A stretch of DNA of 64,000 nt from Takakia lepidozioides (Eukaryota > Plantae > Bryophyta): NCBI GenBank assembly GCA_030704615.1, contig CM060731.1, positions 21,390,001 through 21,454,000 on the forward strand, written 5' to 3'. Position numbers and translations under genes: made by a program. Below are positions 25,799 to 37,888 of the stretch, piece after piece. The notes under the pieces were generated by a model. The model did not search any database. It was not told where the DNA came from and saw only the letters and a program-made list of their open reading frames with translations. The first letter of the stretch is position 1. The number at the start of each line of letters is the position of its first letter.

Positions 25799-28700
25799 TC
25801 ACCCCCTCCTCTAGCGCCGAGTTCCTCGAGGAGCGGTAAAATCTTGGACTTGCTTAGAGTTGGAGAACCTCCCTTCTTAGTGCGTATCAGATACAGTGAA
25901 TGTGGAGTCTTCACCTTGAAGCTAACTTGGCTGACATCATCGCTGTGACGTCTTATTGACGTGTAGCTCGGGGCTTAGCTGGGTATCGTTGATGAAACTC
26001 TTGGACTTTGTCAGATGCATTGGCAAGGTTGGATGAAGGTTCACACGTTCGTTCGCTGATATCGTAGTCTTTCCAATGTATGAAATACTCAAGACGTTTA
26101 TATTTGATGCGAGAGTCTAGGACTTCGTCGACTTCATACTCGATTTCCTGATTGACTTCGATTGGTGGAGGTAGTACGTAAACTCTCCCTGGAATATTCG
26201 ATGGATGATATAACTCCAATAATGAAACATGAAAGACTGGATGGATGCGCATATTTCATAGGAGTTCAAGCCGAAAACTGACCGGATTTCGAATAATTTT
26301 GAATGGTCCCAGGCGTTGATAATCCAACTTCCTTGATGGTCGCGAGGTTTGTATGTCCCGTCGAAGAAGCCACACACGATCTCCGACCTTGAACTGGGGT
26401 TGGAGTTGCCGATGTTGATCTGCATACTCCTTGTATTATTTTTGAGCTTCTGCAAGGTGGAATGTAAGCTCCTTGTGAATCGTAGCAAGATGAGTAGCAA
26501 GGTTTTATGCAGCAAGGCTTCCAACAGTCTTCATGTGGAAAGGGTTTGCTCGAGGATGATGACCATAATTGGAGAAAAATGGAGTTTGATTGGTCGAAGA
26601 ATGTATAGTGTTGTTGTAGGCAAACTCAGCCAATGACAGAAGGTCCATCCAATTATCTTGGTGATAATTTATCGTACAGCGAAGATACTGCTCCAAAATT
26701 TGGTTTACACGTTCGGTTTGACCATCAGTCTGTAGATATTGATCTTCATATCCAATATGTGAAATAATCCCCTCCAGAAATTTGATATGAACTGTGGTTC
26801 TCAATCAGATACGATGTCCTTCGGAAGTCCATGAATGCGGTAGATATTATTGAGGAAGAGTCTTGCAGTTTCCTTGCCGGTAACCGTCTTATTACATGGA
26901 ATGAATTGTGTCATCTTTGTAAAACGATCTACAATAACAATGATTGAATCGGTGGTCTTGGAAATTGGAAGGTCCGTAATAAAGTCCATAGACACGGACG
27001 ACCATGGACCATTGGGAATGGGTAATGGTTGAAGAAGGCCGTAAGGTCGATGTCGTGGTCACTTCGCTCTAGCACACGTGTCGCAAGATTTTATAAATTC
27101 TTCCACGAGTTTCCACATCTGCGGCCACCAATAGTCCCTGGATATTAATTCCATTGTTTTGTTGAAGTCAAAATGTCCTACAGCCGGAAGATCATGACAT
27201 GTTTGAAGAATTCGTAGTCGTGTAGGTCCTGGATGTATATATAGAAGTCCCTTGAAATAAAGTAAGTCATCTTTGAATTCGAAGTTGTTTGTAACATGTG
27301 GGTTGTCTCGAGGTCGATTTAGTTGACTTCGTAGTGTCGTAGCAAATTGGTCGCTCTTCAGTGCTTCCTGAATCTCCTTTATGATCTATGCATCATCATA
27401 GATAGACATGGATAGCATATTCAATTGGAGATTTGATGGTTTCAAGATGATAGATTTCTGTTGGTCAAAAGCTGCATCCTTTTCTTTTGGCGCAAGATAC
27501 GATCGTCGAGAAAGAGCATCTGGTTTTCCTTGAAGATGTCCGGGACGGTAGGTAATAACAAAATCAAACCTTGCTAGTGACATACTTCATCTCGCTTGAC
27601 GTCGATTCAAAACACGAGCACTCATAAAATACTCGAGGTTTTTGTGATCGGTATAGACAATGACCTGATGTTTAGTTCCCTTCAATAGATGACGCCACTC
27701 CTCAAAAGCATCGATAATCGCTAGAAGTTCTTTGTCATGGATTTCATAATTGATCTCCGCAGCGGAAAATTTGCAAGAACGAAAACCAACAGGGTGGAGT
27801 CGGCCATCTGTACCGTATTGAGAGAGTACCGCGCCAAGTGCAAAGTCCGATGCATCTGCTTCCAAAAAGAATGGTTTAGATGGGTCTGCATGTACCAATA
27901 TTGGAGCCATTGTAAATGCCTGTTTCAACATTTCAAATGTTTGGTCAACCTTCTCGTCCCATACAAATTTGTCCTTCCCTGTGAGTCGTGTCAATGATGC
28001 AGCAATTTTGGAGTAGTCTTTAATAAAGATTCTATAGAAATTTGCAAATCCCAGAAAACATTGTACATCTCAGACCGAAGTTGGTTTAATCCACTCGATG
28101 ACGGTTTGTATTTTCTTCTGATCTATAAAGACGCATTTGTCGGAAATAATGTAGCCCAGAAATTCGACCTCAGATTGATGGACAATATATTTTTCCAATT
28201 TGGCATATAGTCATATTTCTCTTAATTTATCAAGGACAAGGCGTACATGGCGGCCATGTTCTTCTTCATTCTGTGAAAATATCAAAATGTCGTCCAAATA
28301 AATGACTACAAAGTCATCTAAAATTCTCGAAAGATGTCAGTCATCATATGTTGGAAAATTGCTGGAGCATTTGTAAGACCGAAAAGCATAACACTGTATT
28401 CAAAATGACCATACCTTGTTCGAAAAGTTGTTTTCCATTCGTCCTTTTCTTTTATCCGTACAAGGTTATAAGCTCCTCTCAAGTCAATTTTGGTGAAAAT
28501 CTTCGCTCGTCCCAGTTGGTCGAGAAGCCCAGAAATCAGCGGCAACAGATAACGATTCTTAATTGTGACTTTGTTGAGACCGCGATAGTCCACACACATG
28601 CGTAATCCGTCCTTCTTTTTCACAAACAAGATAGGCGCCCCCGCAGGTGATTTTGAATGTCGGATGAAGTTCTTCGACAAATTTTCATCAATGTACTCAC

Positions 28701-29050
28701 GTAATGCAGTCAACTCCGTCTGGAATAAGTTATAGATTGGGCCGAATGGTGGTTGGGCTCCTTCTTGTAACTCAATTGCACAGTCATAATGTCGATGTTC
28801 TGGCAATATGTCTACATTTTTCTTCTCGAAGGCATCCTATGAAATCTGATATTGAGTGGATAATGTCGAAGTACATTTGTCTGTTGTGGTCTTGATCATA
28901 CAATCATAAATACCGCGATCTGTTGTAGTGGAAAGCCCGCAAATCTGCTGGGCTGAAGCCGCACAAGGTACAACTAAACTCTTAGGGGGAAGTAGACCAG
29001 GGGTGTGAGGGGAATGATTACTAGCAGAGCTCATTGCGGGGACTCTGCAT
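25172..29050 (-). mobile_element. Ty3/Gypsy chromovirus (Tcn1-like), degenerate, 5' end missing; nested in the DNMT-Gypsy
   Basis: [11 protein letters not shown] / [11 protein letters not shown] / [11 protein letters not shown]; RNase [16 protein letters not shown] / [12 protein letters not shown] / DHKNL; integrase SMDFITDLP / [11 protein letters not shown]; IHPVFHVSLL; chromodomain EYEVDEVLDSR..YFIHWKDY; PPT AGAGGAGGGGGTGA. Confidence 0.9.
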
Positions 29051-29933
29051 CAAATATCTTGATCCTAGCATTTTGCTAACAGACAAGCGGGAACCCAGTG
29101 ACATGGCCAAGGTTAAGGAATCCATGGACAAGGTGGATTGTGGATTGTGGACGAGGTGGATTGTGGCGGGTTGAGGTGAATGATATCTATATTGCCAATT
29201 GTGTCTTGCCTCACCCTAACGAAGTAGAGGTCCCACCACCGCAAACAATATTGGAGGATGTCGTCGGTCTAAATTGTCTTTGGCCAGAGAAGAACATGAA
29301 GAGGGCTTAGAATTTCGTTCGCCCAGGCATAGACATTGTTGGCCGTGAGAAGAAGGTAGGAAAGCAGTTCAGTGTTCCTAGCATGCATGCGGAAACGCCA
29401 TGTAGAAGTTAGGCTCAGACTTTTATCATGGCTGGATTTTGTTGACAGTGTTCCAGCACTTACTTTCTGGGTTTCTATTCTATGGTACTTCTTTCACTAC
29501 ACTAGTGGTATGTGTTCTTCTAGTCATGTTCATAATTACTTGCACATCACTGTAATAGTGGTATAATCACTGGTGCCACATAATGTCTTTTACCACTCAC
29601 TTGTCCTAATCCACTAGTTCTTCATCACTCTGGGGCCAGAATGGTTTAGTGTCTTTTACCACTCAAAATGAGTGGTTATCAGAGTGGTTATTCCGCGTTT
29701 ACCTTCTAGTGGCACGTTGAGGTAGTGGCTGGCTAGGAGGACCACTACCCCGTGGTGCCTCCTTAGCAAATCCCACCATGACCACATGTTTCAATTCAGG
29801 GATGTGAATTTCATTGTAGTCCGTGCTCATTACAATGGATGGTGGGAAGAGAAATGGTGGTGCAACGGAAAACGGAGAGTGTGTCCTCTCATGTTCCATA
29901 AATGAATGCCCTCAAGTACATCCGTAGGTGGTG

Positions 29934-30895
29934 TCAACACTTGCTACTGCTACCACCTGAATCTGCTGAACTGCTAGAAATACTGCTACAACCTGAAAAT
30001 GCTGCACTATCATCTATGAAGACCTTTGCGCGGAGGTGCCTGAGCGTCTTCCTGGAACTCCAATGCAAGGGTAGGGGAGAAAGCACAGCTGCTTGCACAC
30101 GAGCAATGTCTTCCGCGTAATCGGGAAGGACATAATTAGGAGGTGGGCTCCAGCACAAATCCCTCAAGTATATGGAAGACAGGGGCCACGGGAGTGCGTT
30201 CACATTCCTGCAATCAGAAATGCACCATTTGGGTAACAATCAGACAACAGAAAGGGACGCGACAGAGCATATACACAGGGATCAAATAGACAGAAAATGA
30301 ACTTACTCACATGAAAAGTCATTGTCCAGGTCCTTGTCGTCTCCGTCGAGGATATCAATTTGCGCAGTGACATCCTTGACATTGGAGGTAGACGCGCCCC
30401 CTTGCAACTCGGCAAGGAGGCCAGTGAAAATATCTGCATCTTCTTCCATACCAAACAAGTGTCTGTCACCTGCCTTGCAAGCATGGTAAGAAGCGCCTGC
30501 AAGAGACAGATTGAAGGAATTAGAGTTTTAGAATATTGAGTAAAGAAGGTGCAGAAGAAAAGAAATCGATGACAAAGGCAAGAAGAGAAACCTGTGCCGA
30601 GAGTGAGATCTATGATGCGGGCCCCTGGCCAAGAACAACTCTCAATGATTGTTTGGATAAAAGCCGGGCTTTTTTCACGGGCCCCTCTCCAAGGAGTTCC
30701 ATTTGGCTTTCGCAAACATACGTTGGAGTCAACATAGTTGTAGTGCATGTCGTCGACGACAGGATCGAACCTCTCGTTTATGAAACATCCTCCCCCATGA
30801 AGCTCGAACTCCACCACTGTGGTGGGAGTCAACAGTGGATGTACCCTCACGAGACATGGCCTCAAATAGACGGGTCTGCAATGAAGAGGACAAAT
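29934..30895 (-). pseudogene. Intron-containing N6/N4 (amino) DNA methyltransferase-like gene, C-terminal half (copy 1)
   Basis: Spliced: WRGAREKSPAFIQTIIESCSWPGARIIDLTLGT|GASYHACKAGDRHLFGMEEDADIF. This aligns by eye with the N6_N4_Mtase tail (KP..L...I...S..G..VLDPF.GSGTT..A....R..IG.E.D). The 5' part is replaced by the palindrome array. Confidence 0.7.
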
Positions 30896-30965
30896 GGAGC
30901 CGAGTGCAATTCCGATCGCTTGAGACAGCGCAACTCCGACCGCTTCAGACATTCAGACTATCCAG

Positions 30966-31990
30966 AACGGAAATGAGGTACCGCATTTCCGTTCTGACTG
31001 TAAATCGTGAACCATCGGAACTGAAATGCGGCAGCGCATTTCCATCCGAGTTGCATCTCCCTCACAAGCTAGAACGGAAATGCGGCACAGCATTTCCGCC
31101 CGGGTGAGACCTTCATACTCTCCAGAACGGAAATGCGGCACCGCATTTCCGTTCTTATGAAAAATCGTGAAACATCGGAACTGAAATGTGGTACAGCATT
31201 TCCGTCGGAGTCGCACCTTCTGACATTCCAAAACGGAAATACGGCGCCGCATTTCCGTTTTGTATGTGAGACATAGAGCTTTGGAACGAAAATGCGGCAC
31301 CGCATTTCCGCCAGGGTCAGACCTTAATACTCTACAGAACGGTAATGCGGTACCGCATTTCCGTTCTGACTGAAAATCGTCAACAGCAGGAACAGAAATG
31401 CGTCGCAACTTCCGACATTCTAGAACGGAAATGCGGCGCCGCATTTCCGTTTTGTATATGAGGCCTTGAGCTGTGGGACGGAAATGCGATGCCGCATTTC
31501 CATCCATGTGAGACCTTCAAACTTTCCAGACCGGAAATGCGGCACCGCATTTCCGTTCAGCTGAGACCTCTATACTTCCCCGAACGGAAATGTGGCACGA
31601 CATTTCCGTTCATCAACGAAGGTATGTGAAGGGGGAACGGAAATGCGGTACCGCATTTCCGTTCAGATTGAAAATCATGAACCACGGGAACTGAAATGTT
31701 GTGCCGCATTTCCGTCCGGATCGCACGTTTCGACATTCCTGAACGGAAATGCGGCGCCGCATTTCCCTTTTGTATCTCATACATGGAGCTGTGGGACGGA
31801 AATGCGGCACCGTATTTCCGTTCAACAACTAAGGTATGTGAAGGTGGAACGGAAATGCGGTGCCGCATTTTCTTCCAACAAGCACGGATGTGTAGCTTCG
31901 TGATGGTACTTAACGGAAATGCGGCGCTGCATTCGCATTTTCACTCCAACTCCAAATTTGAACACATGGAGCAACGGAATTGCGGCACAT
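30966..31990. repeat. Palindrome array 1 (ACGGAAATGCGG-YR-CCGCATTTCCGT units, about 45-65 bp period)
   Basis: About 20 near-perfect 22-28 bp palindromes by eye. The block 30895-31902 is a direct copy of 43169-44462. Confidence 0.92.
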
Positions 31991-32346
31991 GTCTGCACTC
32001 TATCTGACTGAAGTGGCATGAGGCGGCGCGGCCTGACCGTTGGATAATGATGTTTGTTTTTCGGACGGCAGGCGTATCCTGAACGATTCGAATTTCGTAA
32101 TGACGCAAAGTCCACGAGGAGACACTTTCCTCCAACCCTTTCAAACCCAAGTGCTGCATCACCGCCGTCTCATCTGCTTTTGTCGTGTCTCCTCAGTCAC
32201 CCCTCTCGCGCCCTTTCCATCTGCACTCTTCGCCCCTTTTCCTTGTCTCTTTTCTTCTTATGCTCAAACCTGAGAGGGAGGGAGTGCGTGCACCAGAGAA
32301 GAGACATCGTCGCAAGCTCCGAAAATTGTACTTCGGACATAGGCCA

Positions 32347-33445
32347 ATGCCGAAGGGGAGGAAGCAGATGCGTCTACAGGAGGAGATTGCCATCTCGCAG
32401 CATCAGGCCACGTAGGCAACCCAACCACCAGTGAGAGCTCCGTGCTATCGGGATTTGCCAGCTGATCGAGCAACGAAACCCGCCTCATTTTTCTTCTGCA
32501 ATTCTTAGACTGTATGCTAGGAGACTTGACTGCAGAAGATGTTTGCATGCCTAACCGGAAAGGTGGACGTGCTGGAGGGATCGCAGGAATCCGAAGAGCC
32601 GCAGGCAGAGTTCGTGGAGCTAGCTGCAGCACGCACACCCAGCCGATCCACGAGCACGGTTCTTCCTGCAGGTCCTAGCCCTGTGCGTTTCAAGGACGCG
32701 GCTTCCAAGGCCAAGTCTTTGCAGTTCAAATCCCTAGAGAGCGACTCGCCTTCAAAGGTCATAGAGAATCGCCAGCAGGGGTCTAGCCCTTCTCCAGCAA
32801 AGATGAAGAAGAAGCAGCCCGTCCTTCAACTTGTTTCTGAACCGGACCAGGCCGTTTCCCCCCCACCTAGGCAAATGAAGCAAATTCAATTGCAGCAGAC
32901 ACCTTCACCTGCAAGAATGAGGAAGCACAAGGCAATCAGGGGGAGGGCGGAGCAGTCTCCCGCAAAACCGATTCCACGAGCTGAAGCCCAGTTCCTGCTT
33001 GATTTCCAACCTGCTGCAGCGAAGGCAATGGGATCGACCGTCGATCTGGTACCGGAGGAGGGTGCTGCCTCTCAACGTTCTCAGCAAGACCTGACCACAG
33101 TTGAGGAAGACCTGACCACTGAAGGCCCGGAGGAGGCCTCTGCAATTGCATAATTGTCCGCAAAGATTCCCCAGAGTGCAGCTCCAGTTGGGGATGCTCC
33201 AGCTGCTCAGCCCCTGCCTCCACCAGCAGAAATGTCTCCGGAGGAATTCCAAAGTGCAGCGGATACAATGTTGGAGGAGACACATAGTAGCATTGACAGA
33301 GTTCTGGGCAGCAGGGTATTCCAGCGGACTCTTCGAATCCCACTGTGTCGCATGGTCTCCCTTCCCATCGTCAAGCAGGCACTTCCTGGAGATGTGGATA
33401 AGCTCAAGTTCGCATTTCGAGAAGGGTACCGTCTAGGTTCGCCAG
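32347..33445 (+). pseudogene. 5' fragment of a gene: long low-complexity N-terminus followed by the start of a putative ParB/Srx-like domain; truncated
   Basis: Exon MPKGRKQMRLQEEIAISQHQAT, then a Ser/Pro/Gln-rich frame (32539-33153, in-frame stop), then RIPLCRMVSLPIVKQALPGDVDKLKFAFREGYRLG. The ParB-like call rests on recalled similarity only; the diagnostic DGxHR motif is not present. Confidence 0.4.
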
Positions 33446-33447
33446 AC

Positions 33448-34656
33448 GGGACTTCATCGAGGAGGCAAATGATTCAGAGCTCCCTGTGACGCTATCAGCA
33501 TTGTTGCTTGCCAATGTTGCCCCTCCAGTATCAGAGCAGGATGTATCCATATTTGTGGGTTATTGTTTTAAGATGGTATTCTCTATGACCGGTTCTGCAT
33601 GCCTGCTTTGAATGCCCAGCTTTTGTTCAATACTAGTGAAAGGAAGACAGGTACTTCTAGCACCAAAACTATTGGAAACAGCTGAGGCCTGACATGATTG
33701 GAATTGCCGGTGGATGCACTTTTCTGGTTGGTGAGGACAAGCTGGCCGGCTTACCTGCTGCTGAAGAGGATATTTTGAGAAAGATGATGCCACTTAGTCC
33801 GATGTTTTATGGGGAGGTTCAATTCATTCTCGGCTATATCGCAGCAGGCACAACCTTCCAATGGGTTTATATCGACAAGGATGGAAATAGTGCATTTCGA
33901 ATCAAGCCATGTCTTGATGTCTCGAACCTTTCTGACCGCCTCTTCTTGTTACTCAGCCTTGGCAATGCCTATGAGATCATGAAGAAGATGGTGGAGTCAA
34001 TCCCGGAAGTGCCAGGCCGGCGGGCAATGTTTTCTGAAGAAGAATGTGGGGATAGGACGATATACTTTCAGCCGAGCAGTGTTCGGAAGGCAATAAGGAA
34101 CTTCCCAAGGTATTGTATTGAGAAAATGACCACTTTTGAACTGATTCGGCAGGCCTACAATGTTGCACGAGGGGTCCCTTCTCTTCCGGAGGTAATTTCA
34201 GAGCCTGAAATGGATTGTAGAGATACTTATAATATTGAGATCAGTCCGCTGGACTACTCCCCGTTGTTGAGGTCGGAGAACGATATGAAGCTGTTGGCTC
34301 GGGACGTGTTAAAGGCTTTGTCTGTCCTGCATGCGGCAAACCTCGTCCATAGGGATATCCGGTTGCCCAATATTGTGCAGGTTTCAGCGGAGGGGTTCAT
34401 GCTCATAGACCTTGAAACGGTAGCTGAATCTCCGTTCAAATTGCCAGAAGGATTTTTGCCTTTTGCTGATTGGAGCGAGGACATGTTGGAGGATGGCCAC
34501 TACACTCCCCAGCCAGATTTGTATCAGCTGGGAGTACTTCTGCAATCCCCACATTGCGGTACTGCTCAGAGGTTTATTAGCAGTCTTAAGTCTAAGAAGT
34601 GGACTGCAGAGGAGGCATTGAAAGATGCTTGGTTATCTCCTGTACAAATTACATGA
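33448..34656 (+). pseudogene. Crinkler (CR)-type restriction-endonuclease-like + protein kinase gene, 5' truncated and frameshifted
   Basis: LRPD..(x)..FLVGEDK is a PD-(D/E)xK pattern followed by FILGYIAAG. The kinase has LHAANLVHRDIRLPNIV, LIDLE and DLYQLG. ORF 33694-34656 is intronless; the upstream frame is broken. Confidence 0.7.
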
Positions 34657-34687
34657 AACTGTAGAGGCTGACTCTATTGGCTACACC

Positions 34688-34719
34688 AGGCTACAGCAAA
34701 CAACGTCTTATGAGTACAA
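34688..34719 (+). mobile_element. 32-bp 5'-truncated LINE insertion with 15-bp TSD
   Basis: AGGCTACAGCAAACAACGTCTTATGAGTACAA matches the 3' end of the intronic LINE (about 9480-9511). It is flanked by TCTATTGGCTACACC at 34673-34687 and 34720-34734. Confidence 0.85.
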
Positions 34720-35289
34720 TCTATTGGCTACACCTGAAGTTATTTGGTAAAATGCGGGAGGCTAAAAGAAAGCCTTTCTTATACAGGGAGAGCCCTCTAC
34801 ACCAATTTTGTCTGGGTCAAAAGTTTTAAAATATATACAGCTTCACCACCACTTTTCAAAAGTTGGATACTCCCGAGGGCTTGGCTACATTTATCAAAGT
34901 ATTTATCGAGTACTAGGACTTACAATACAGAATTCAGGGGGGAAATGAGATAGCCAGCGAGCTGCCAGATGACCAGATGACCAGTTGTTTAATTTGAGCA
35001 GCCTTCTTTATATGCGCACACGTCCCATGCTGCAACCAGCAAGTTCAACCATCCCAAACCAGGTAGCTCCAACACCAATGTGTGACCCCCAAACTCTTAG
35101 TGTTTTCCTTGCTCACACTTTCAGGGCTGATCAAACTGTCACCATCTGTATCGGGGTCATGGTTTGCAGAGGGCTGTTGCAAATCATTGCTATGATTCTC
35201 CAGGCAACCGTCTCTATTTTTCTCACATCCAGTAGCATCACTGCTCGCCCCCGCCCCTCTTCCCAACTTCTTCCTTTACTCCCTATCAT

Positions 35290-36110
35290 AATACACCAGC
35301 CGCCGTACCAACCCATCTGGGTCCAAAATCTGGTTATCTGGATGCTGTAAGACTTCCTCTGACTCTCGGGGATGCAAAACCAGCTTTGACTTCTTCACAT
35401 TGCCCCCATTGAGGATGGAATTCTTCATTGCCTCCATGCACGCAATTCGGGCCTTTTCAAACAGCATGTCTTTGTTGGGTTCCACAATTGGACCATCATG
35501 CTGACCTTGTAGTGCCAACGTTTTGTAATGGAAGTTGAGGATTCGTGCAAACCCTCGAAACATCCAACCAGCCAACCAGAGAATTGGATTCGTTTTGAGT
35601 GTAAGAACGGAAGCAAACGGCCAACCAGTCATAACAGTGTCTAATCTGTTCCCTGCCGCACAACGTTTCTCTGTTCTTGTCACGAAGTCCCAACCAAGCA
35701 ATCCACCCATTCTACACACCAACAGAGATCCAAACCCACTTATGTGTCTATCTCCTTCTATCAAATTTGTAAACTACATTTGCTGCAAGAGAGCAACAAC
35801 CATGAGCATAAATGACCTGTTAGAAGCACGCATGTGACCATCTCTCTCATCTGCTTAGTCAGTACATTGTTCGTAAGAGAAATGAAATGAAATGAAATGG
35901 TGCTTTATAACGTCCGCAGAAAGCTCAGAAGAAAGAGAGAAAGAAGCATGAGATTGCAATGACCTGTCTGAGGGGAAGAAGTCACCGCTGCGTTTTTTCA
36001 CCATGCAGAAAATTTTGACAAGAGTCTTTGCGAACTCTGCTATAGGCAACTCTTCAATTTCCTTCTCTGTAAATCCTTGATCCTTGCGCCATTCCATGTA
36101 ATGCCGCCTG
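35290..36110 (-). pseudogene. Fragment resembling the DUF3504 / Crypton tyrosine-recombinase N-terminal region (intron-containing, truncated)
   Basis: IEELPIAEFAKTLVKIFCMVKKRSGDFFPS ... LFEKARIACMEAMKNSILNGGNVKKSK...ESEEVLQHP...DPDGLVRRLVY resembles the ZMYM/QRICH1/Crypton pattern L..F...RK.DG..YP.S / F..AR....MK....G / P.GL...V. The catalytic part is absent. Confidence 0.5.
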
Positions 36111-37044
36111 ACATTACAACATCAGGTCAATTCAGGGTTCTCTCTCCTTGCCACATACAATGCAATTGAACCACACTACATTGTTGTTGGTGAATTGGAG
36201 TGGCTGTTTGGTCACCACAACACCTTTCAAAATGGGCTGAAATCATTCTTGTCCCTTACCAAGAAAAAAAAGAGCATGTGTGTCAAAGCATTCTAACAGC
36301 CATGGGTGCCCAATCCTTCCCGGCCTATGACCTTCGGTTCTATTGGTTCAAAAGGCCCTAGGTAACCACAACATTAGGTGGCCAATTTACCCATGACCTC
36401 CCTTTATAGCTAGGTTGGCTACAATGGGTGACACCCAATATACCTAAGAGATTTTGGGTTTTCTTGTCGCATCACCAACAGTAAAGATGGCAAGAGAGAG
36501 CGTGCACAGCTGAAAGCCATGTTGGGACAGTATCCTGGTTTTCCTTGGTCCCGTTTTAATGGAGACAAAATCGGCCAGCTTTCTGACAGGGGGGCGATCG
36601 AGGCACTCTAGAAAGGCGCACTCTGATTGAGTCTGTTGAGTATTGCTACAAAGAACTGAGCTCTATGATCCGCGATGGTCTTGTATAGGTAGGATTTAAT
36701 TTCTGGTAATTGTGTACACTGCTACATTCGTAATTGGTAGACTGTACGGTGACAGTTCAGTACATGTAAGAGATATACACAAAGATCTTTAACCCTTGAG
36801 TGCCCTGAGCTGTTTTGGAGAAACCGAAGTTTCTCAGAGCCCTTTGGGTAGTGTCACTTTAGGTTGAGCAGTTTCTGTGGAAAAATTGACTATTATTAGG
36901 ATCAGACTAACCAGGAAGCTAGCATTGACCACAGTATTGTATGTTCGTAACAGATTCCCCTTTCCCTGTTTCAGTCAACTGTACACAACTAGGATGTCAC
37001 TGGCTACTTTCTGACTACCAAGCGCCTACTTGGAGTGAGGTTTA

Positions 37045-37165
37045 CTATTTCATGAGCAGAAACCATGAGCCATGAGCCATGAGCCGCATGAGCCGCATGA
37101 GCGGTGAGCCGAAGTCTAAGATACGCGGATTTCATGAGCGGACTCCTCCAAATTTGGAAATGCGG
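37045..37165 (+). repeat. Putative transposon terminus X: CTATTTCATGAGC followed by (CATGAGC)n
   Basis: Same 13-bp start and heptamer repeats as 46099. It lies 3' of transposase copy 1. Confidence 0.6.
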
Positions 37166-37888
37166 CAGATTAAACAAGTATTAAAATAATAGTTTTTTTA
37201 TTTGACCTTGCCGTTTTTGGACGTTCCAGATCATGTAATGCGGCGAAGATATGTCGTCAGTAACAAGTCCGCTCATGGTTTTTTAGATCCGCTCATGGAA
37301 ATAAGTGACCGTTTAACGGGAAATCCAGTATACCACTGCAAAAGGACGTCGCATACTGGCCTGTATAGAGTATTCCGCGGTTTTACATGCCTTAACATTG
37401 GAATGAAGCTGACCCTTTTGCCGCGATTGAACCAATGGAGTCTGCACCAATACAGTCTGCAGTACTTCACAATTCTGTCTTCTTCGGGTATTCGGCGGGA
37501 AAGGTTTGCAACTGAACTGGGAAATAGGGTGCCGCATTAGGGTTCGCACGTGCGAAATTTCGGAGCGGTTTGGTGTTGGCGAAGGCCGCCTCTGGGGGTA
37601 CCTACGACGATACTTGGAAATGCGGCGCCGCATTTCCTTGTCGGAGGTCGAATGAAGAAAGCAAGTTTTCGGAAAGCAGAAAAACATGAACCCTCCAACA
37701 TACAAAAATACATGCACGTGGAAACAAGTGAACGATATAGTAATATCTTAGTTCGAGCAAAACAGGTTACTGGTAGGCAAGACATATGTCGGACCTTTCT
37801 GTGGCCAGAGTCTGAGGTACTGGCAGCAGTATAGTTCTACTATCCGAAAAGGATGGGCGTACCATTGTATGGGGACCGCAAGCCAAGC

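Noticed and set aside
29495-29750. CACTAC start with short AGTGG/CCACT repeats as a CACTA terminus
   Set aside because: No partner end, TSD or CACTA transposase was seen.
36789-36812. TTAACCCTTGAGTGCCCTGAGC, resembling a second piggyBac-like end
   Set aside because: No matching inverted end was found in the window.
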